A program made the position numbers and the translations under genes. Below the pieces are notes generated by a model. It searched no databases. It had not been told where the DNA came from and saw nothing but the letters and a program-made list of their open reading frames with translations. From Rickettsiales bacterium (lineage in GTDB: Bacteria; Pseudomonadota; Alphaproteobacteria; Rickettsiales; UBA1997), in the NCBI GenBank assembly GCA_965661355.1, contig CBFIDI010000002.1, forward strand, positions 1 to 60,680: DNA of 60,680 bases, in the 5' to 3' direction. How positions within the stretch are numbered: position 1 is the stretch's first letter; every line of letters starts with the position of its first letter. Below, one piece after another: positions 47,566-59,182 of the stretch.

Positions 47566-48142
47566 AACTTTATTTTATATAAGAAAATTTATTTTTCATT
47601 TTTTCATCATGATAATATATATCGCAATCGATAAAATTATAACAATATTCGCTATCAAAAATTTTAATCATTATTTTGTTAGAAATATTTTTTGTAATTC
47701 AATAACTCTTTTTGACTAAATAACTTGATATTTCTATCTTAACCCTTCATTTTGAAATAAATTCTTCAATAATATAGCAGTAATTATATTTCTTTTGCTA
47801 GCTATGTCTATATTCTGTTATTTTTTTAATTGCGTTATTCAAAGATTTATTGTCAGTGTCAATTTTTTATTAACTTCTTTTAACTCTTGCGCTATTTTAA
47901 GCATTGACAGCAAAGAAATTTTTCTTGTTTATTTTTCCGCAACTACAGAAATCGCAACAAATTGAAATATATAATATGTCTCATCAAAAAATCTAACAAG
48001 ATTCATAATTCTAAAATATTTATCATTTTCAATCATTTTACATATTTAGATTGAAATAATTTTAGCAGAGCATTTTTGCGCTTTTCTAATTTATATCTTT
48101 AATTTCTTATCTTGTCTATTATTTCGCTATTATCAATCAAAT

Positions 48143-49720
48143 CTAAACCCGATCTTCTATCATTTTAACAAAATTATCAACGCCATATAATTCAATAAAA
48201 GAACCAAGCCTTGGCCCCTGATTTTGACCAAAAAGACCTTGATAAATCAACAAAAACCAATCACGAATATTTTTTTCAAAACCATTTTCTTTTCCAACCG
48301 AAAAAACTAAAGTTTGAAGCTGGCTTGAAAGTAAATCTTCGCCTTGTTCATATTTGAAATTTTTGAGATTTTCTTTAAGTTTTAAAATAATAACCTTTTC
48401 TTCAGCGCTAAATTCACGATATTCTTTGTTTGCTTTAATAAAGTCATTGTAATAATTTAACGCATTTTTTACCATTTTCGCCAAAAGCGGAGAGTTTTCC
48501 GGCGTTAAGCCAGCCTGATACTTCTCTATGAATCCCCACAAAACTTCATCATTTTCGGGGTTGCAAGCGCTTGCTAAATTTAATAAAAGCGAATAAGTTA
48601 AGCCGAAATTAATTTGCGGAACTTCGCCAGAATGAATATAAAAAACCGGATTTTCAATTTTTTTCGCCTCGTCACTTTCTTTATTGTAAGAAGATAAAAA
48701 GGCCAAATAATCATCCATCGCCTTTGGAATTACATCAAAATAAAGCCTTTTTGCAGTTTTTGGTTTTTGAAACATAAATAACGACATAGACTCTTCAGGG
48801 GCGTATTTAAGCCAATCTTCAACCGAAATTCCGTTACCTTTCGACTTTGAAATTTTTTCACCACTATCACTTAAAAACATTTCATATGTAAAATTAACTG
48901 GCGGAGCCGATCCTAAAACCGAACAAATTTTCTTATATATTTTTTCATTGGGCTGATGGTCTTTACCGTAAATTTCATAATCAACCTCTAAGCTTCGCCA
49001 GCGCGCTCCAAAATCGACTTTCCACTGCAGCTTACAATTTCCACCGGTAACCGAAATGCGTTTTTCTTTGCCATTCATATCTTCATATATCACTTCAGAT
49101 TTTTTTTTGTCAACGCCCTTCACCCCTTTATCAACGACAATTCCGGACTCTTTGTCAATTGGCATAAAAGGAGAGTATGTTTTTTGACGCTCTTCACCCA
49201 AACTTGGCAACATAACAGCCATTATCTCTTCATATTTCTCTAAAACTTTCAACATTGTTTCGTCAAAATCGCCCGATTGATATTTTTCAGTCGCACTAAT
49301 AAATTCATATTCGAAGCCAAATGAATCTAAAAAAGATCGCAATCTAGAGTTCATGTTATGACCGTAAGACTCGTGGGTTCCAAATGGATCAGGGACTTTA
49401 CTTAAAGGCTTTCCTAAATTTTCGCGCACCATTTCTTGATTCGGTAAATTATCTGGAACTTTTCTTAGTCCGTCAATATCATCAGAAACGCAAAACATTT
49501 TTGTCGGAATTTCTGGCGCCAAAAGCGAAAAAGCATAGCGCACAAACGATGTTCTGACAACTTCGCCAAATGTACCAATATGCGGCAAGCCAGATGGTCC
49601 ATAGCCAGTTTCAAACAAAACATATCCCTTGTTTGGAATTTTTCCGTCAATTTTTTCTAAAATTCGACGCGCCTCAATAAAGGGCCAGGCTTTTGCGCTT
49701 TGATAGATCTCTTTTGTCAT
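48143..49720 (-). CDS. lysK: Lysine--tRNA ligase, class I
   Basis: GPSGLPHIGTFGEV (HIGH) and KISKSKGNG (KMSKS) in a 525-aa protein with the class I LysRS layout (AWPFIEARRI N-terminus). Confidence 0.9.
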   Translation of the reverse strand: MTKEIYQSAKAWPFIEARRILEKIDGKIPNKGYVLFETGYGPSGLPHIGTFGEVVRTSFVRYAFSLLAPEIPTKMFCVSDDIDGLRKVPDNLPNQEMVRENLGKPLSKVPDPFGTHESYGHNMNSRLRSFLDSFGFEYEFISATEKYQSGDFDETMLKVLEKYEEIMAVMLPSLGEERQKTYSPFMPIDKESGIVVDKGVKGVDKKKSEVIYEDMNGKEKRISVTGGNCKLQWKVDFGARWRSLEVDYEIYGKDHQPNEKIYKKICSVLGSAPPVNFTYEMFLSDSGEKISKSKGNGISVEDWLKYAPEESMSLFMFQKPKTAKRLYFDVIPKAMDDYLAFLSSYNKESDEAKKIENPVFYIHSGEVPQINFGLTYSLLLNLASACNPENDEVLWGFIEKYQAGLTPENSPLLAKMVKNALNYYNDFIKANKEYREFSAEEKVIILKLKENLKNFKYEQGEDLLSSQLQTLVFSVGKENGFEKNIRDWFLLIYQGLFGQNQGPRLGSFIELYGVDNFVKMIEDRV

Positions 49721-49970
49721 AATTTATTAAAAAATAGTCGTTAAAGGTTTTAAATATATTGATTATAGCGATATTTATTGGGGAAATCAAGCAAGAAAAA
49801 TGCAACTCTTTTTCAAGTTATAAAGCATTAATGAAGCAAAAATGAGCAATATTAACACAGCAAAAGATGTAAAAATCGTAAGTTCGCAAAAAAATAAAAT
49901 CAAAAATCACGACTGATAATTTCAACCTTCAATTTCGCCATATTTACAAAAGCTTTTTAAAAATCATGTT

Positions 49971-51470
49971 TTAAACCACTCTACCAACCAACTTGTCACC
50001 ATCTATTCCTTCAATTAGAACATTGACAAAATCGCCAATTTTGGGTAACTTAGAATTTATATTTACCGCGATATTTTTTTTGGCATCAGGCTTATCTTTA
50101 AAACTCGCAACACTATTTTTGTCGCCAAAAACAATTGCAACATCAAGAAAATTATCGGTCTTGCCCGCCATATCTTTTTCAACAACAACTCTTAAAATCT
50201 TGCCAATTTGCTTATTCATGAACTCAAAAAGTACCTCTTTCGTCTTTTTGCGTAGCTGCTTTGCCCTTTCTTTAACTATTTTTCCATTAATTTCTGGCAT
50301 TTTAGCGGCCGGCGTGCCGTCTCTTTTTGAATAAGGAAAAATATGATTAAAAATCAACCCAGCCTCTTCAATTAAATTCAATGAATTTTCAAACATTTCT
50401 TGCGTTTCAGTCGGAAATCCTGCAATAATATCTGAGCCAAAAGTAATTTCTGGCCTTAATTTTCTCGCTTTGCGACAAAAATCAACAACTTGCTGTCTTG
50501 TGTGACGGCGCTTCATGCGCTTTAAAATCATATCATCACCCGATTGAACACTTAAATGAAAATAAGGCATAAATCGCGGTTCGTTTTCAATTAAATGCCA
50601 AAAACCATCGTCAATTTCAGCTACATCAATTGACGAAAGTCTAAGTCTAGGCAATTCTGGCACCAATTTTAAAAGACGCTTAATCATTTGAGAAAGCGTA
50701 ATTTTAAGCTCAAGATCTTTACCATAATCAGAAATATCAACACCTGTTAAAACAACTTCTTTATGGCCAGACTCGACCATTTTACGGGTCTGAGAGACTA
50801 TATCACCAAATAAAACAGAACGAGAATTTCCACGCCCAAACGGAATAATACAAAAAGTACAGCGATGATTACAGCCGTTTTGAATTTCGAGAAAAGCCCG
50901 AGTCCGGTTTTCAAAATAAGAAACCATTTGCGGCGAGGTTTCTTTTACCGACATAATGTCGTTAACCTTTATTTTACAAGATTCTTCGACTGTTAAAGCA
51001 GAGTCGTTTTTTGCCCTGTGTTGATAGAAAATTTTGTTTTTATGATCTAAATTATCAATATTATCTCGTTTTGACCGAGGGTCATAATTTTCAACCCCAG
51101 AATCGTTATTCATTTCAAAATCTGGCGACTTAAGATTGTCGATATTGTTATAATAACTCTCAACCTTATTTTTTTCTTGATTACCCAAAACCAAGTCAAC
51201 CTCTGTCATTTTTGCATAAAATTTAGGGCTAATTTGAGCCGCGCATCCGGTAACAACAATTTTGGCCGTAGGGCTTTCGCGCCTAGCCTTACGCACAGAC
51301 TGACGAAGTTGTTGTTCGGCCTGAGAAGTAACTGCGCAGCTATTAAATATTATAAGATTTTTTTGACCCGATTGCTGAACTACTTTTTTTATCGCCTCGC
51401 TTTCATAAGCATTCAAGCGACAACCGAATGTAACAATTTTGTTATCCATTTCTTCTTCTGTCATTAACAA
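49971..51470 (-). CDS. mtaB: Radical-SAM methylthiotransferase, MtaB-like (tRNA ms2t6A37)
   Basis: TFGCRLNAYESE UPF0004 domain, radical-SAM NGCNHRCTFCIIP and a C-terminal TRAM-like domain. A ~70-aa Asn/Asp-rich insert lies between the N-terminal and radical-SAM domains. The start is ambiguous (M1/M3/M8). Confidence 0.8.
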   Translation of the reverse strand: MLMTEEEMDNKIVTFGCRLNAYESEAIKKVVQQSGQKNLIIFNSCAVTSQAEQQLRQSVRKARRESPTAKIVVTGCAAQISPKFYAKMTEVDLVLGNQEKNKVESYYNNIDNLKSPDFEMNNDSGVENYDPRSKRDNIDNLDHKNKIFYQHRAKNDSALTVEESCKIKVNDIMSVKETSPQMVSYFENRTRAFLEIQNGCNHRCTFCIIPFGRGNSRSVLFGDIVSQTRKMVESGHKEVVLTGVDISDYGKDLELKITLSQMIKRLLKLVPELPRLRLSSIDVAEIDDGFWHLIENEPRFMPYFHLSVQSGDDMILKRMKRRHTRQQVVDFCRKARKLRPEITFGSDIIAGFPTETQEMFENSLNLIEEAGLIFNHIFPYSKRDGTPAAKMPEINGKIVKERAKQLRKKTKEVLFEFMNKQIGKILRVVVEKDMAGKTDNFLDVAIVFGDKNSVASFKDKPDAKKNIAVNINSKLPKIGDFVNVLIEGIDGDKLVGRVV

Positions 51471-52041
51471 GAATTGAGTGATTTACGACTCTTTTTACCC
51501 CAACCGTGCTAGCAATAATGTCTAGGGCTTCTTTTAACTCATGATCATTTTTTGCTACACCCAAAATATAAACAGTGTTGTTTTCTGTTTTTATTTTAAA
51601 ATCAGCCGCCGTTACTTTGCGACTAAAAAATAATTTTGATCTAATTTTAGCTGTTATGTAAGAATCAATAAATCCACCAGCAAAATCTCTGGCACCAAGA
51701 CCTTTTTGCTCGACTTCAACCTCATCAATTAATTCTTTGACTCCGTCAGTATTCCAAACAATTTTATTTGCCTCTTTACCCTTATCAAGATTGCGCACAG
51801 TACCAACTAAAAGCACCCTTCCCTCGTTAACCATAACTTTAACAGAATTTCTTGGGGTTTTAAGGTTGTTAAGTAACAAATCTTTGTCAATTTTTATCGA
51901 AATAAATACATCTTTCTTGGTGTCTTCTAAAGATTTTTCACGAGTTGTAATTATAACACCAGCAACCGATCCAACGGCAACGGTTTCTACGCATGAAGAT
52001 AAAAACAAAAATATTAATAAGGTTATTGCAAGTTTTTTCAT
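51442..52041 (-). CDS. BON-domain lipoprotein (OsmY/DolP-like)
   Basis: Lipobox LFLSSC, followed by two BON-like segments (VKVMVNEGRVLLVGTV...; KIKTENNTVYILGVA...). Confidence 0.7.
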   Translation of the reverse strand: MKKLAITLLIFLFLSSCVETVAVGSVAGVIITTREKSLEDTKKDVFISIKIDKDLLLNNLKTPRNSVKVMVNEGRVLLVGTVRNLDKGKEANKIVWNTDGVKELIDEVEVEQKGLGARDFAGGFIDSYITAKIRSKLFFSRKVTAADFKIKTENNTVYILGVAKNDHELKEALDIIASTVGVKRVVNHSILVNDRRRNG

Positions 52042-52220
52042 AATTTATCGCTTTATTTGGTTTATTTGCCTTTATGTAAGAGCCAAAGTATAACATTTGT
52101 TATTTTAATTTTAAATGAAATAGTTGCAATTTATTTCGAAATATATTACACTAATTTTTATTAGCCAATTAGTTAAATTACTAAAGGCTAGCAAAACTGC
52201 TTCTTTGTGTTTTTCAAAAT

Positions 52221-52295
52221 GCGGGCGTAACTCAGCGGTAGAGTGCTACCTTGCCAAGGTAGATGTCGAGGGTTCGAATCCCTTCGCCCGCTCCA
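52221..52295 (+). tRNA. tRNA-Gly (anticodon GCC), CCA encoded
   Basis: GCGGGCG/CGCCCGC acceptor, ACTC-AGCGGTA-GAGT D-arm, CTACC-TTGCCAA-GGTAG anticodon arm (GCC), GAGGG-TTCGAAT-CCCTT T-arm and TCCA. Confidence 0.9.
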
Positions 52296-52580
52296 AAATA
52301 TAGCAAGTCTAAATACTGCAACAAGATAATTTATCCTTTTTGTAGTAACGCGCAAAATCCTATAAGTCAATTTCATTTATCTCAATTAATATTATTTTCA
52401 AAAAGTTCGCCTTCAAAAAGCTCGACAATAAAATTTTCTTCACTTAAATTATCCGTAAAATATGTTAATCTCGACAAAGTCAACAGCTCTATATATTATT
52501 TTTTAAGTTTTATTTATATTTTAATCATAAATTGCATCATCTAAGCTTTGTCAGTGATTATTTAAGATAAAAATTTCATC

Positions 52581-52628
52581 AAGATAAGATAAGATAAGAT
52601 AAGATAAGATAAGATAAGATAAGATAAG
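52581..52628. repeat. Pentanucleotide microsatellite (AAGAT)9 plus a partial unit
   Basis: Nine perfect tandem AAGAT units followed by AAG, read directly from the sequence. It is intergenic, between tRNA-Gly and the 3' end of queH. Confidence 0.95.
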
Positions 52629-52887
52629 CAATAATATTGCTGCGCTAAAAGGTTTTGACAATAATTTTACTGATTAGATTTTAATTTTATAAATAGATTT
52701 TATGAAGTTAAAGTTGTATCACTCTAGCGCTATCTATAATTTATTTGATATTAACTCAAATAGTAACATCATAAAATCTGTGGCGAGATTAAGAATTATT
52801 GAAAAAAATATATTTTAAAATCAAGTAATTAAGCGCCTTAAAAATAACAAAATACTATCTTGCAATGAATAATTAAGAGAATAGAAA

Positions 52888-53580
52888 TTATTTGGTTTCT
52901 ATTAAGTCTTTATCAATATCGACCTCTTGATAAAATTCTTGTCCAATTGCAATTTCTTCTCGACCCTTGCTTTTGCGCCATTTATTTGTATCGCGCAGTG
53001 AAAATATACAGCCGCAATATTCTTGCTTATAAAATTCTTCTTGCTTAGCAATTTCATACATTCTATTGGCACCGCCACCCTTACGCCAATTATAAGTCCA
53101 ATATGAAACACCATTATAATTTTTTGCAGCCCTAATTCCGCAATCGTTAATTTGCTCCATATTTTTCCAGCGCGAAATTCCAAGCGAAGAAGTTATGGTC
53201 GAAAAGCCATTTTCAAAAGCATAAAGCGCAGTGCGCTCGAACCTCATATCGAAGCATTTTGTGCATCGAACACCTCTTTCTGGTTCATTTTCTAGGCCTT
53301 TAGCGCGGCTGAACCAATTTTGTACATCGTAATCGAGGTCAATAAAAGGCATGTCAAGCTTTTTGGCGTAACGAATATTTTCATTTTTGCGAATTTCATA
53401 TTCTTTCTTTGGGTGAATATTGGGGTTGTAAAATAAAATTGTCACAGCAATGTCCGAAGCTTTCATTCTTTCCATTAAATCACCAGCGCACGGGGCGCAG
53501 CAACTATGCATTAAAACCTTGTTATCTTTTGAATTTTCAGGGAGATTTAATTTATAATCGCTTTCTTTTGGCGTTGTCAT
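52888..53580 (-). CDS. queH: Epoxyqueuosine reductase QueH (DUF208)
   Basis: [10 protein letters not shown] Cys cluster, [12 protein letters not shown] and a C-terminal YCGCIFS motif. Length is 230 aa. Confidence 0.85.
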   Translation of the reverse strand: MTTPKESDYKLNLPENSKDNKVLMHSCCAPCAGDLMERMKASDIAVTILFYNPNIHPKKEYEIRKNENIRYAKKLDMPFIDLDYDVQNWFSRAKGLENEPERGVRCTKCFDMRFERTALYAFENGFSTITSSLGISRWKNMEQINDCGIRAAKNYNGVSYWTYNWRKGGGANRMYEIAKQEEFYKQEYCGCIFSLRDTNKWRKSKGREEIAIGQEFYQEVDIDKDLIETK

Positions 53581-54251
53581 TTTATATATTTTTATTTATT
53601 AATCGATGTTACAAACAAACTTATCGAAGTTGGTGGTTCAAAATTATTAATTTTAGAACTTATAACTTTTCTTATGCCAAACCCTATATTTAAATAGAAG
53701 TTTATCTGTTATAATTTAATTGCTCAATCTATCATAAAAACCCAACAAAGCGTTTGTCATGAATATCTGATTTATATAAAGATGATTTTTAGCATTACTT
53801 AACATTAAATATTAACCTCCAAATTATATAGTAAATTTATCAAAAAATCAAGATTTAAGCAATTTTCAATCAAAATTCATGTCAATAACAACAAATTACA
53901 CAAATTAATAAAACGAGAAGGTAAGTGGTAAATATATATTTTATACTAAATAACACCCTTAAATACTAATTTATTAGTTATAATTATTACTAATTTCATC
54001 ATAAAAACTCAACATTTTGACTTTCTGTATCTCAACTTTGATAATAATTTATTATTTAAGTTAGCCAGACTTAGATTAGCATTTAAAGGCGGATCTTAGC
54101 ATAATTCACAAAATATCGCTAAAGGCTTGAGTTTTTTCAGATTAAGCGCTATAATTTCTGTAACTTGCCCTTAAAAGAGCGGGCAAAATTTAAACCAAAA
54201 AGCTAAAATTAAAATATAAATTTAACTTTAGCACAAATTTAAAAGTCAAAA

Positions 54252-56150
54252 ATGTCTTCACCAATTCTGTCAATTAAAGATGCCTCGATCTCTTTTGCAA
54301 AAAAAGTGCTATTTGAAAATTTGTCACTCAATGTCTTTTCTGGTGACAGGGTCTGTGTAATTGGCAAAAATGGCTCGGGCAAAACAAGTTTGATGAATGC
54401 GATTTTTGGCAAAATAGATTTCGATTCTGGCGAGCGTTTTATTGCTCCAAATAATTCAATTGGTTATTTAGAGCAAGACGAAAAAATTAAAGAAAACCTG
54501 TCGATTAAAGACTATATCACCAAAGAAATTAAGCTTGACGAGCATAAATTATATTTAATTGATATGATTTGCGAAAAGCTTAAAATTGACAAAAATGATT
54601 TTACTCACAATTTATCTGGTGGACAAAAGCGTCGTGCGAACCTTGCTAAATCACTAATAATTGAACCCGATATTTTATTATTAGACGAACCTACAAACCA
54701 TCTTGATCTTGAGATTATTCAATGGCTAGAAACTTACTTACAAAATTATAAAGGCGCGTTAATTTTAATAAGCCACGATCGTAAATTTTTAGAAATAACT
54801 TCAAATAAAATTTTTTGGATTAGGGCTGGGTCAATTAAAGTAAATAATGAAGGTTACAAAAAATTTGATGAATGGGGCTTGAAAATTATTGAGCATGAGA
54901 ATCGCGAAATGAAAAACCTTGAAAAGAAATTCGAACTTGAAAGCGCTTGGCTACAAACCGGAGTAACCGGCAGAAGAAAAAGGAACATTGGCCGACTTCA
55001 TTATCTTGAAGAACTAAGAAGCAAAATGAAATCGCAAAAACAAATTATTAGCGCCAATCAATCTAATATTAAAATTCATTCAAGCGATAAATTCGAAAAA
55101 GATGGGCCGCAAGTTGTTGCTAATCTTAATAATGTCTCAAAATTTTATGGCGAAAATAAAATTATCGAAAATCTTAACATAAAAATCTTAAAAGGTGAGA
55201 AAATTGGTATAATTGGCAAGAATGGTAGCGGAAAATCAACATTTTTAAAGCTTTTACTTAAAAAAATTGACCCAAGCTGCGGAACCATAAAATTAGCGCG
55301 CGACCTTGAATTTTCTTACTTTGACCAAGATCGAAGTTTAATCACAAAAGGCAAGACCATAAAGGAAATTTTGTGCGAAGATGGTTCAGATTTTGTTCAG
55401 CTTTCGGGTGGAAAAGAAAAACATGTTTGTGGCTATTTAAATGATTTTTTATTTGACCCCAAAGATGTCAGCACAATGGCTTCAACACTTTCTGGTGGGC
55501 AACAAAATAGACTTATTTTGGCAAAAGTTCTAGCTAATCCAAAAAACTTTCTAATTCTTGACGAACCAACAAATGATCTGGATATGGACAGTCTTGATAT
55601 TTTGCAAAATTATCTTGAAAAATATCAAGGAACCGCTTTAATTGTAAGTCACGACCGTGATTTTCTTGATAATACCGTAGCTTCAGTTTTGGCTTTTGAA
55701 AAAAGCGACGAAAACAACGAAGCCGAAAAAAAACTAACCAAAGAATCGGTTAAAAATTCACCCAGTACAATAAATTATCATTTAGGTGGCTATAGTGATT
55801 ATGAAAATTATACCAAAAATTTAAAAACGCAGACGCAAAAATTAGTAAAAGTTAAACCGGCCGAAAATTCTGTAAAAAGTAACGGCAAGTCTAATGGCAA
55901 AAATATCGAAAAATCAAAATTAAATAAATTATCACCTGGTAAAATAAGAAGTGAAATTGATAAAATTTCTAAGAAAATTACAAAACTAGAAGAAAAAATT
56001 CTTGATTTAAACAACGAATTATTAACAACCGAAGATAGAAATTCAGCCAACTTAGCCCAAATTTCAATAGAAATATCAGGAAAACAAGCTCAAATTGAAG
56101 AATTTGAAGAAAAATGGCTTGAATTAGAATATTTACTTGAAGATTCATAA
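54252..56150 (+). CDS. ABC-F family ATPase (Uup-like), no transmembrane domain
   Basis: Two ABC cassettes (GKNGSGKTS / LSGGQKRR / LLLDEPTNHLD, and GKNGSGKST / LSGGQQNR / LILDEPTNDLD) plus a C-terminal Lys-rich coiled-coil tail. Confidence 0.9.
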   Translation: MSSPILSIKDASISFAKKVLFENLSLNVFSGDRVCVIGKNGSGKTSLMNAIFGKIDFDSGERFIAPNNSIGYLEQDEKIKENLSIKDYITKEIKLDEHKLYLIDMICEKLKIDKNDFTHNLSGGQKRRANLAKSLIIEPDILLLDEPTNHLDLEIIQWLETYLQNYKGALILISHDRKFLEITSNKIFWIRAGSIKVNNEGYKKFDEWGLKIIEHENREMKNLEKKFELESAWLQTGVTGRRKRNIGRLHYLEELRSKMKSQKQIISANQSNIKIHSSDKFEKDGPQVVANLNNVSKFYGENKIIENLNIKILKGEKIGIIGKNGSGKSTFLKLLLKKIDPSCGTIKLARDLEFSYFDQDRSLITKGKTIKEILCEDGSDFVQLSGGKEKHVCGYLNDFLFDPKDVSTMASTLSGGQQNRLILAKVLANPKNFLILDEPTNDLDMDSLDILQNYLEKYQGTALIVSHDRDFLDNTVASVLAFEKSDENNEAEKKLTKESVKNSPSTINYHLGGYSDYENYTKNLKTQTQKLVKVKPAENSVKSNGKSNGKNIEKSKLNKLSPGKIRSEIDKISKKITKLEEKILDLNNELLTTEDRNSANLAQISIEISGKQAQIEEFEEKWLELEYLLEDS

Positions 56151-56193
56151 AATTAATATATTGGACAATATATCTCAATTTAAAAATAACAAA

Positions 56194-57024
56194 ATGCCAG
56201 AATTGCCAGAAGTTGAAACAATAAAAAGGGGCTTAAGAAATATTGAAAATAAAAAAATAACTCAAATTTTTCGCTCTAATAAAAAAATGAGATTTGACTC
56301 AAGCCTTGATTTAAGCTTGCTTGAAGGAGGTAAAGTAAAATATATTGATCGCAGAGCGCGCTATTTAATTTTAGGTATTGATGAAAAATACTGCCTTATT
56401 ATTCATCTAGGAATGAGCGGGAGACTTACTTTTTGCAATCTAGGAAATAAAATCGATAATTACGAAATTCAAAAACATGATCACTTTATTGCAGAGCTTG
56501 AAAATAATGAAATTTTAATATTAAACGATCCGCGAAGATTCGGATTTGTCGATTTGATTCATAAGGAAGATTTGAAAAATCACAAAATGCTAGAAAATCT
56601 TGGTCCAGAACCGCTTGATCAATCTTTTGATGAAAATTATTTATATAATAAGATAAAAAATAAAATTACCAACATAAAAACTACCATGATGGACAATAAA
56701 ATTGTCGTTGGCGTTGGAAATATTTATATTAATGAATCACTTTTTGTAGCGAAAATATCACCTTTAAGAAGCGCAAAAACACTTAGAAAATCTGAGCTAA
56801 AAAAATTGGTTGAGGCAATAAAATCAATACTTGAAGCTGCAATAACATCTGGCGGATCTTCAATTAATGACTATGTTGACTCAAGTGGAAATTTAGGAAG
56901 CTTTCAAAATAATTTTAAAATTTATGGACTTGAAAATGGCAATTGCCTAGAATGTGAAAATGTAATTCAAAGAATTGTCCAAAATGGACGGTCAACCTTT
57001 TATTGTTCAAAATGTCAAAAATAA
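56194..57024 (+). CDS. mutM: Formamidopyrimidine-DNA glycosylase
   Basis: The MPELPEVET N-terminus requires the start at the internal ATG 56194. H2TH region, and a C-terminal zinc finger CLECEN...STFYCSKCQ. Confidence 0.9.
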   Translation: MPELPEVETIKRGLRNIENKKITQIFRSNKKMRFDSSLDLSLLEGGKVKYIDRRARYLILGIDEKYCLIIHLGMSGRLTFCNLGNKIDNYEIQKHDHFIAELENNEILILNDPRRFGFVDLIHKEDLKNHKMLENLGPEPLDQSFDENYLYNKIKNKITNIKTTMMDNKIVVGVGNIYINESLFVAKISPLRSAKTLRKSELKKLVEAIKSILEAAITSGGSSINDYVDSSGNLGSFQNNFKIYGLENGNCLECENVIQRIVQNGRSTFYCSKCQK

Positions 57025-57428
57025 ATCATAAAATAGCGTTATTGGTTATATTTTCATTAGCAACATTTTCATGCAATGTTTTTAAATACAACGCCACGCC
57101 CGACAAAGCAAATACCGAATTTGTAGACGGCAGTCAAAATATTCCTTTGGCTAGCGGATTAAAGAAAATAGAAGACGATTCTTTAATTTTTGACTCAACT
57201 GGCGGTAATGTAATATCGGTTTCGTATACAACAAAAAGTCATCTACCCTCTATCAAAAGTTTTTATATTAGTACCTTACCTCAAATGGGCTGGAAAATTG
57301 TAAAAAATAATAACCTAACCTCGGTTGATGTAATTAACTTTGAAAGAGAAAATGAAAAGCTTGAAATTGAATTTGTCGACATGAAAGAAGGGAGTTATGT
57401 CAAATTTTTTGCAGAGCTCGGAGTTTAA
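57003..57428 (+). CDS. Hypothetical lipoprotein
   Basis: Signal peptide with lipobox (LATFSCN), 141 aa, overlapping the mutM 3' end by 22 nt. No family was recognised. Confidence 0.5.
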   Translation: MFKMSKINHKIALLVIFSLATFSCNVFKYNATPDKANTEFVDGSQNIPLASGLKKIEDDSLIFDSTGGNVISVSYTTKSHLPSIKSFYISTLPQMGWKIVKNNNLTSVDVINFERENEKLEIEFVDMKEGSYVKFFAELGV

Positions 57429-57778
57429 AAAATATCAATCATCAGCTTATCACCTTTTTTATCTTTATTACTCACAAAATATTATATTTGGAATAATAAG
57501 CAGAAGTTTTTTATTTGGCATTAAAGACACTTTCAATTTGCAATTAATTATTAAGGACTAAGAAATTTTATCAAAATTAGATTATTGTAAAAAAATGATT
57601 AATTTCGGTGATATTAAGAATTTATTTTGAATTTAAATTAGCAGAAAATATCATAAGAGTCTAGGAATGTGAATTCAGATAGGGTTTTGGATTTTATTTA
57701 ATATTTTTTGCTAAAATATTTTTCTTTTGCTGCGGCTTTAAAGATGAAAAAATGGCGTTAACTAATAAAAATCCAAAA

Positions 57779-58936
57779 TTAATCAATCATTCGCAAATTA
57801 CCATAATCTACCTGATTATTATATTTTTTCTTGGTTAGCGCTAATATCAAACCAAAACAAATAGACATAGCAAACATTGATGATCCGCCATAACTTACAA
57901 GTGGAAGCGTCATTCCTTTGGTTGGAAAAAGCCTAAGGCTAACACCTATATTGACTACGGTTTGGATAGTGAAATTCATCATCAGGCCAATTAAAGAGAT
58001 ATAAATAAATCGATCTTCTTCTTCTAATAAGCGCTTAGTTATTCTGGTTATTAAATATAAAAAGACCAAAATTAATAATATACAGCTTAAAATTCCAAAT
58101 TCTTCAGCTATCACAGCAAAAATAAAGTCAGTGTGCGAATCGGGGATAAAGTTTTTAACCAAGCCTTGACCTTGACCCTTACCCAAAAAACCACCACTAA
58201 CATAAGCGTCAAGCGATCTTTCAACTTGGTAGTTTGTGCTATTTATATCTAAAAATCTGTTAATTCTATCTTCAACATGGGGCAAAAATAAATAAGCCAT
58301 TATAATTCCCGCAACCCCAATAATTCCGACAATTAACACAATCCACATTGACAAACCAAAAACAAAAAGTTGCGACGCCCAAAGCAAAGATAAAGTTATA
58401 GTCATGCCTATATCGGGTTGAGATGCAAGCAAAAAAGCCAAAAAGCCAAAAGCTAATGTTGACAATAAATATTTTAAAGGAATTTTTTGATCATAAAATT
58501 TATGTAAAATATAAGCATTTACAATCACGAAAAATGTTTTTGAAAATTCAGAAGGCTGGAAAACAAAGCCCATAAAAGAAATCCATCTTTTTGAGCCCCT
58601 AATCTCAACGCCAAAAATTGAAACGCCAATTAAAGCAATAATACAAGATAAAAAACCAGCCACGGCAAACATTATTATGTGATTTTTGCGAAAAAACGAA
58701 ATAAATATCATAGAAAACATGGCCATTAACGCAAAAATTGCCTGTTTTTCTAAAAAGAAAAATTTAGAAACTCCTATTTTTTTTGCAATTGCTGGGCTAG
58801 AAGTGGCTACGGCCGCGAGGCCAAATATTATTATGCCAAATATTATCAAGAAATTTATCTTGTCAATATCAATCCACCATCTTGAAATAAAATTTAACGA
58901 ACCACGATTAAAAAAACGACTATTACTATTTTGCAT
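57779..58936 (-). CDS. SEDS-family peptidoglycan glycosyltransferase (FtsW/RodA/SpoVE)
   Basis: About 10 TM segments, with PSEFSK, HTDFIFAVIAEEFG and TKGMTLPLVSYGGSS motifs. Neither the dcw nor the mrd gene context is present, so FtsW versus RodA is not resolved. Confidence 0.85.
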   Translation of the reverse strand: MQNSNSRFFNRGSLNFISRWWIDIDKINFLIIFGIIIFGLAAVATSSPAIAKKIGVSKFFFLEKQAIFALMAMFSMIFISFFRKNHIIMFAVAGFLSCIIALIGVSIFGVEIRGSKRWISFMGFVFQPSEFSKTFFVIVNAYILHKFYDQKIPLKYLLSTLAFGFLAFLLASQPDIGMTITLSLLWASQLFVFGLSMWIVLIVGIIGVAGIIMAYLFLPHVEDRINRFLDINSTNYQVERSLDAYVSGGFLGKGQGQGLVKNFIPDSHTDFIFAVIAEEFGILSCILLILVFLYLITRITKRLLEEEDRFIYISLIGLMMNFTIQTVVNIGVSLRLFPTKGMTLPLVSYGGSSMFAMSICFGLILALTKKKYNNQVDYGNLRMID

Positions 58937-59182
58937 TATATTATTTTAAAAAAATGATGAAATTTAGCTTTATTGCAATTATAATTATATGATATAGGAA
59001 TTGCCATCTTTAAATATATATTTTAAGTTCATCTAAAGTAAGCCCTTCTAAAACTAGATCGCAAATTAAAAGCGTGATTATTTTTAAAAACTACTTTAGA
59101 ATTACTAATTACAACCAAAAAATGTTAATTTAAAAATGGTATTTCGCATTAGTTAATATTTCAAGATTATTTAAATAAAATT

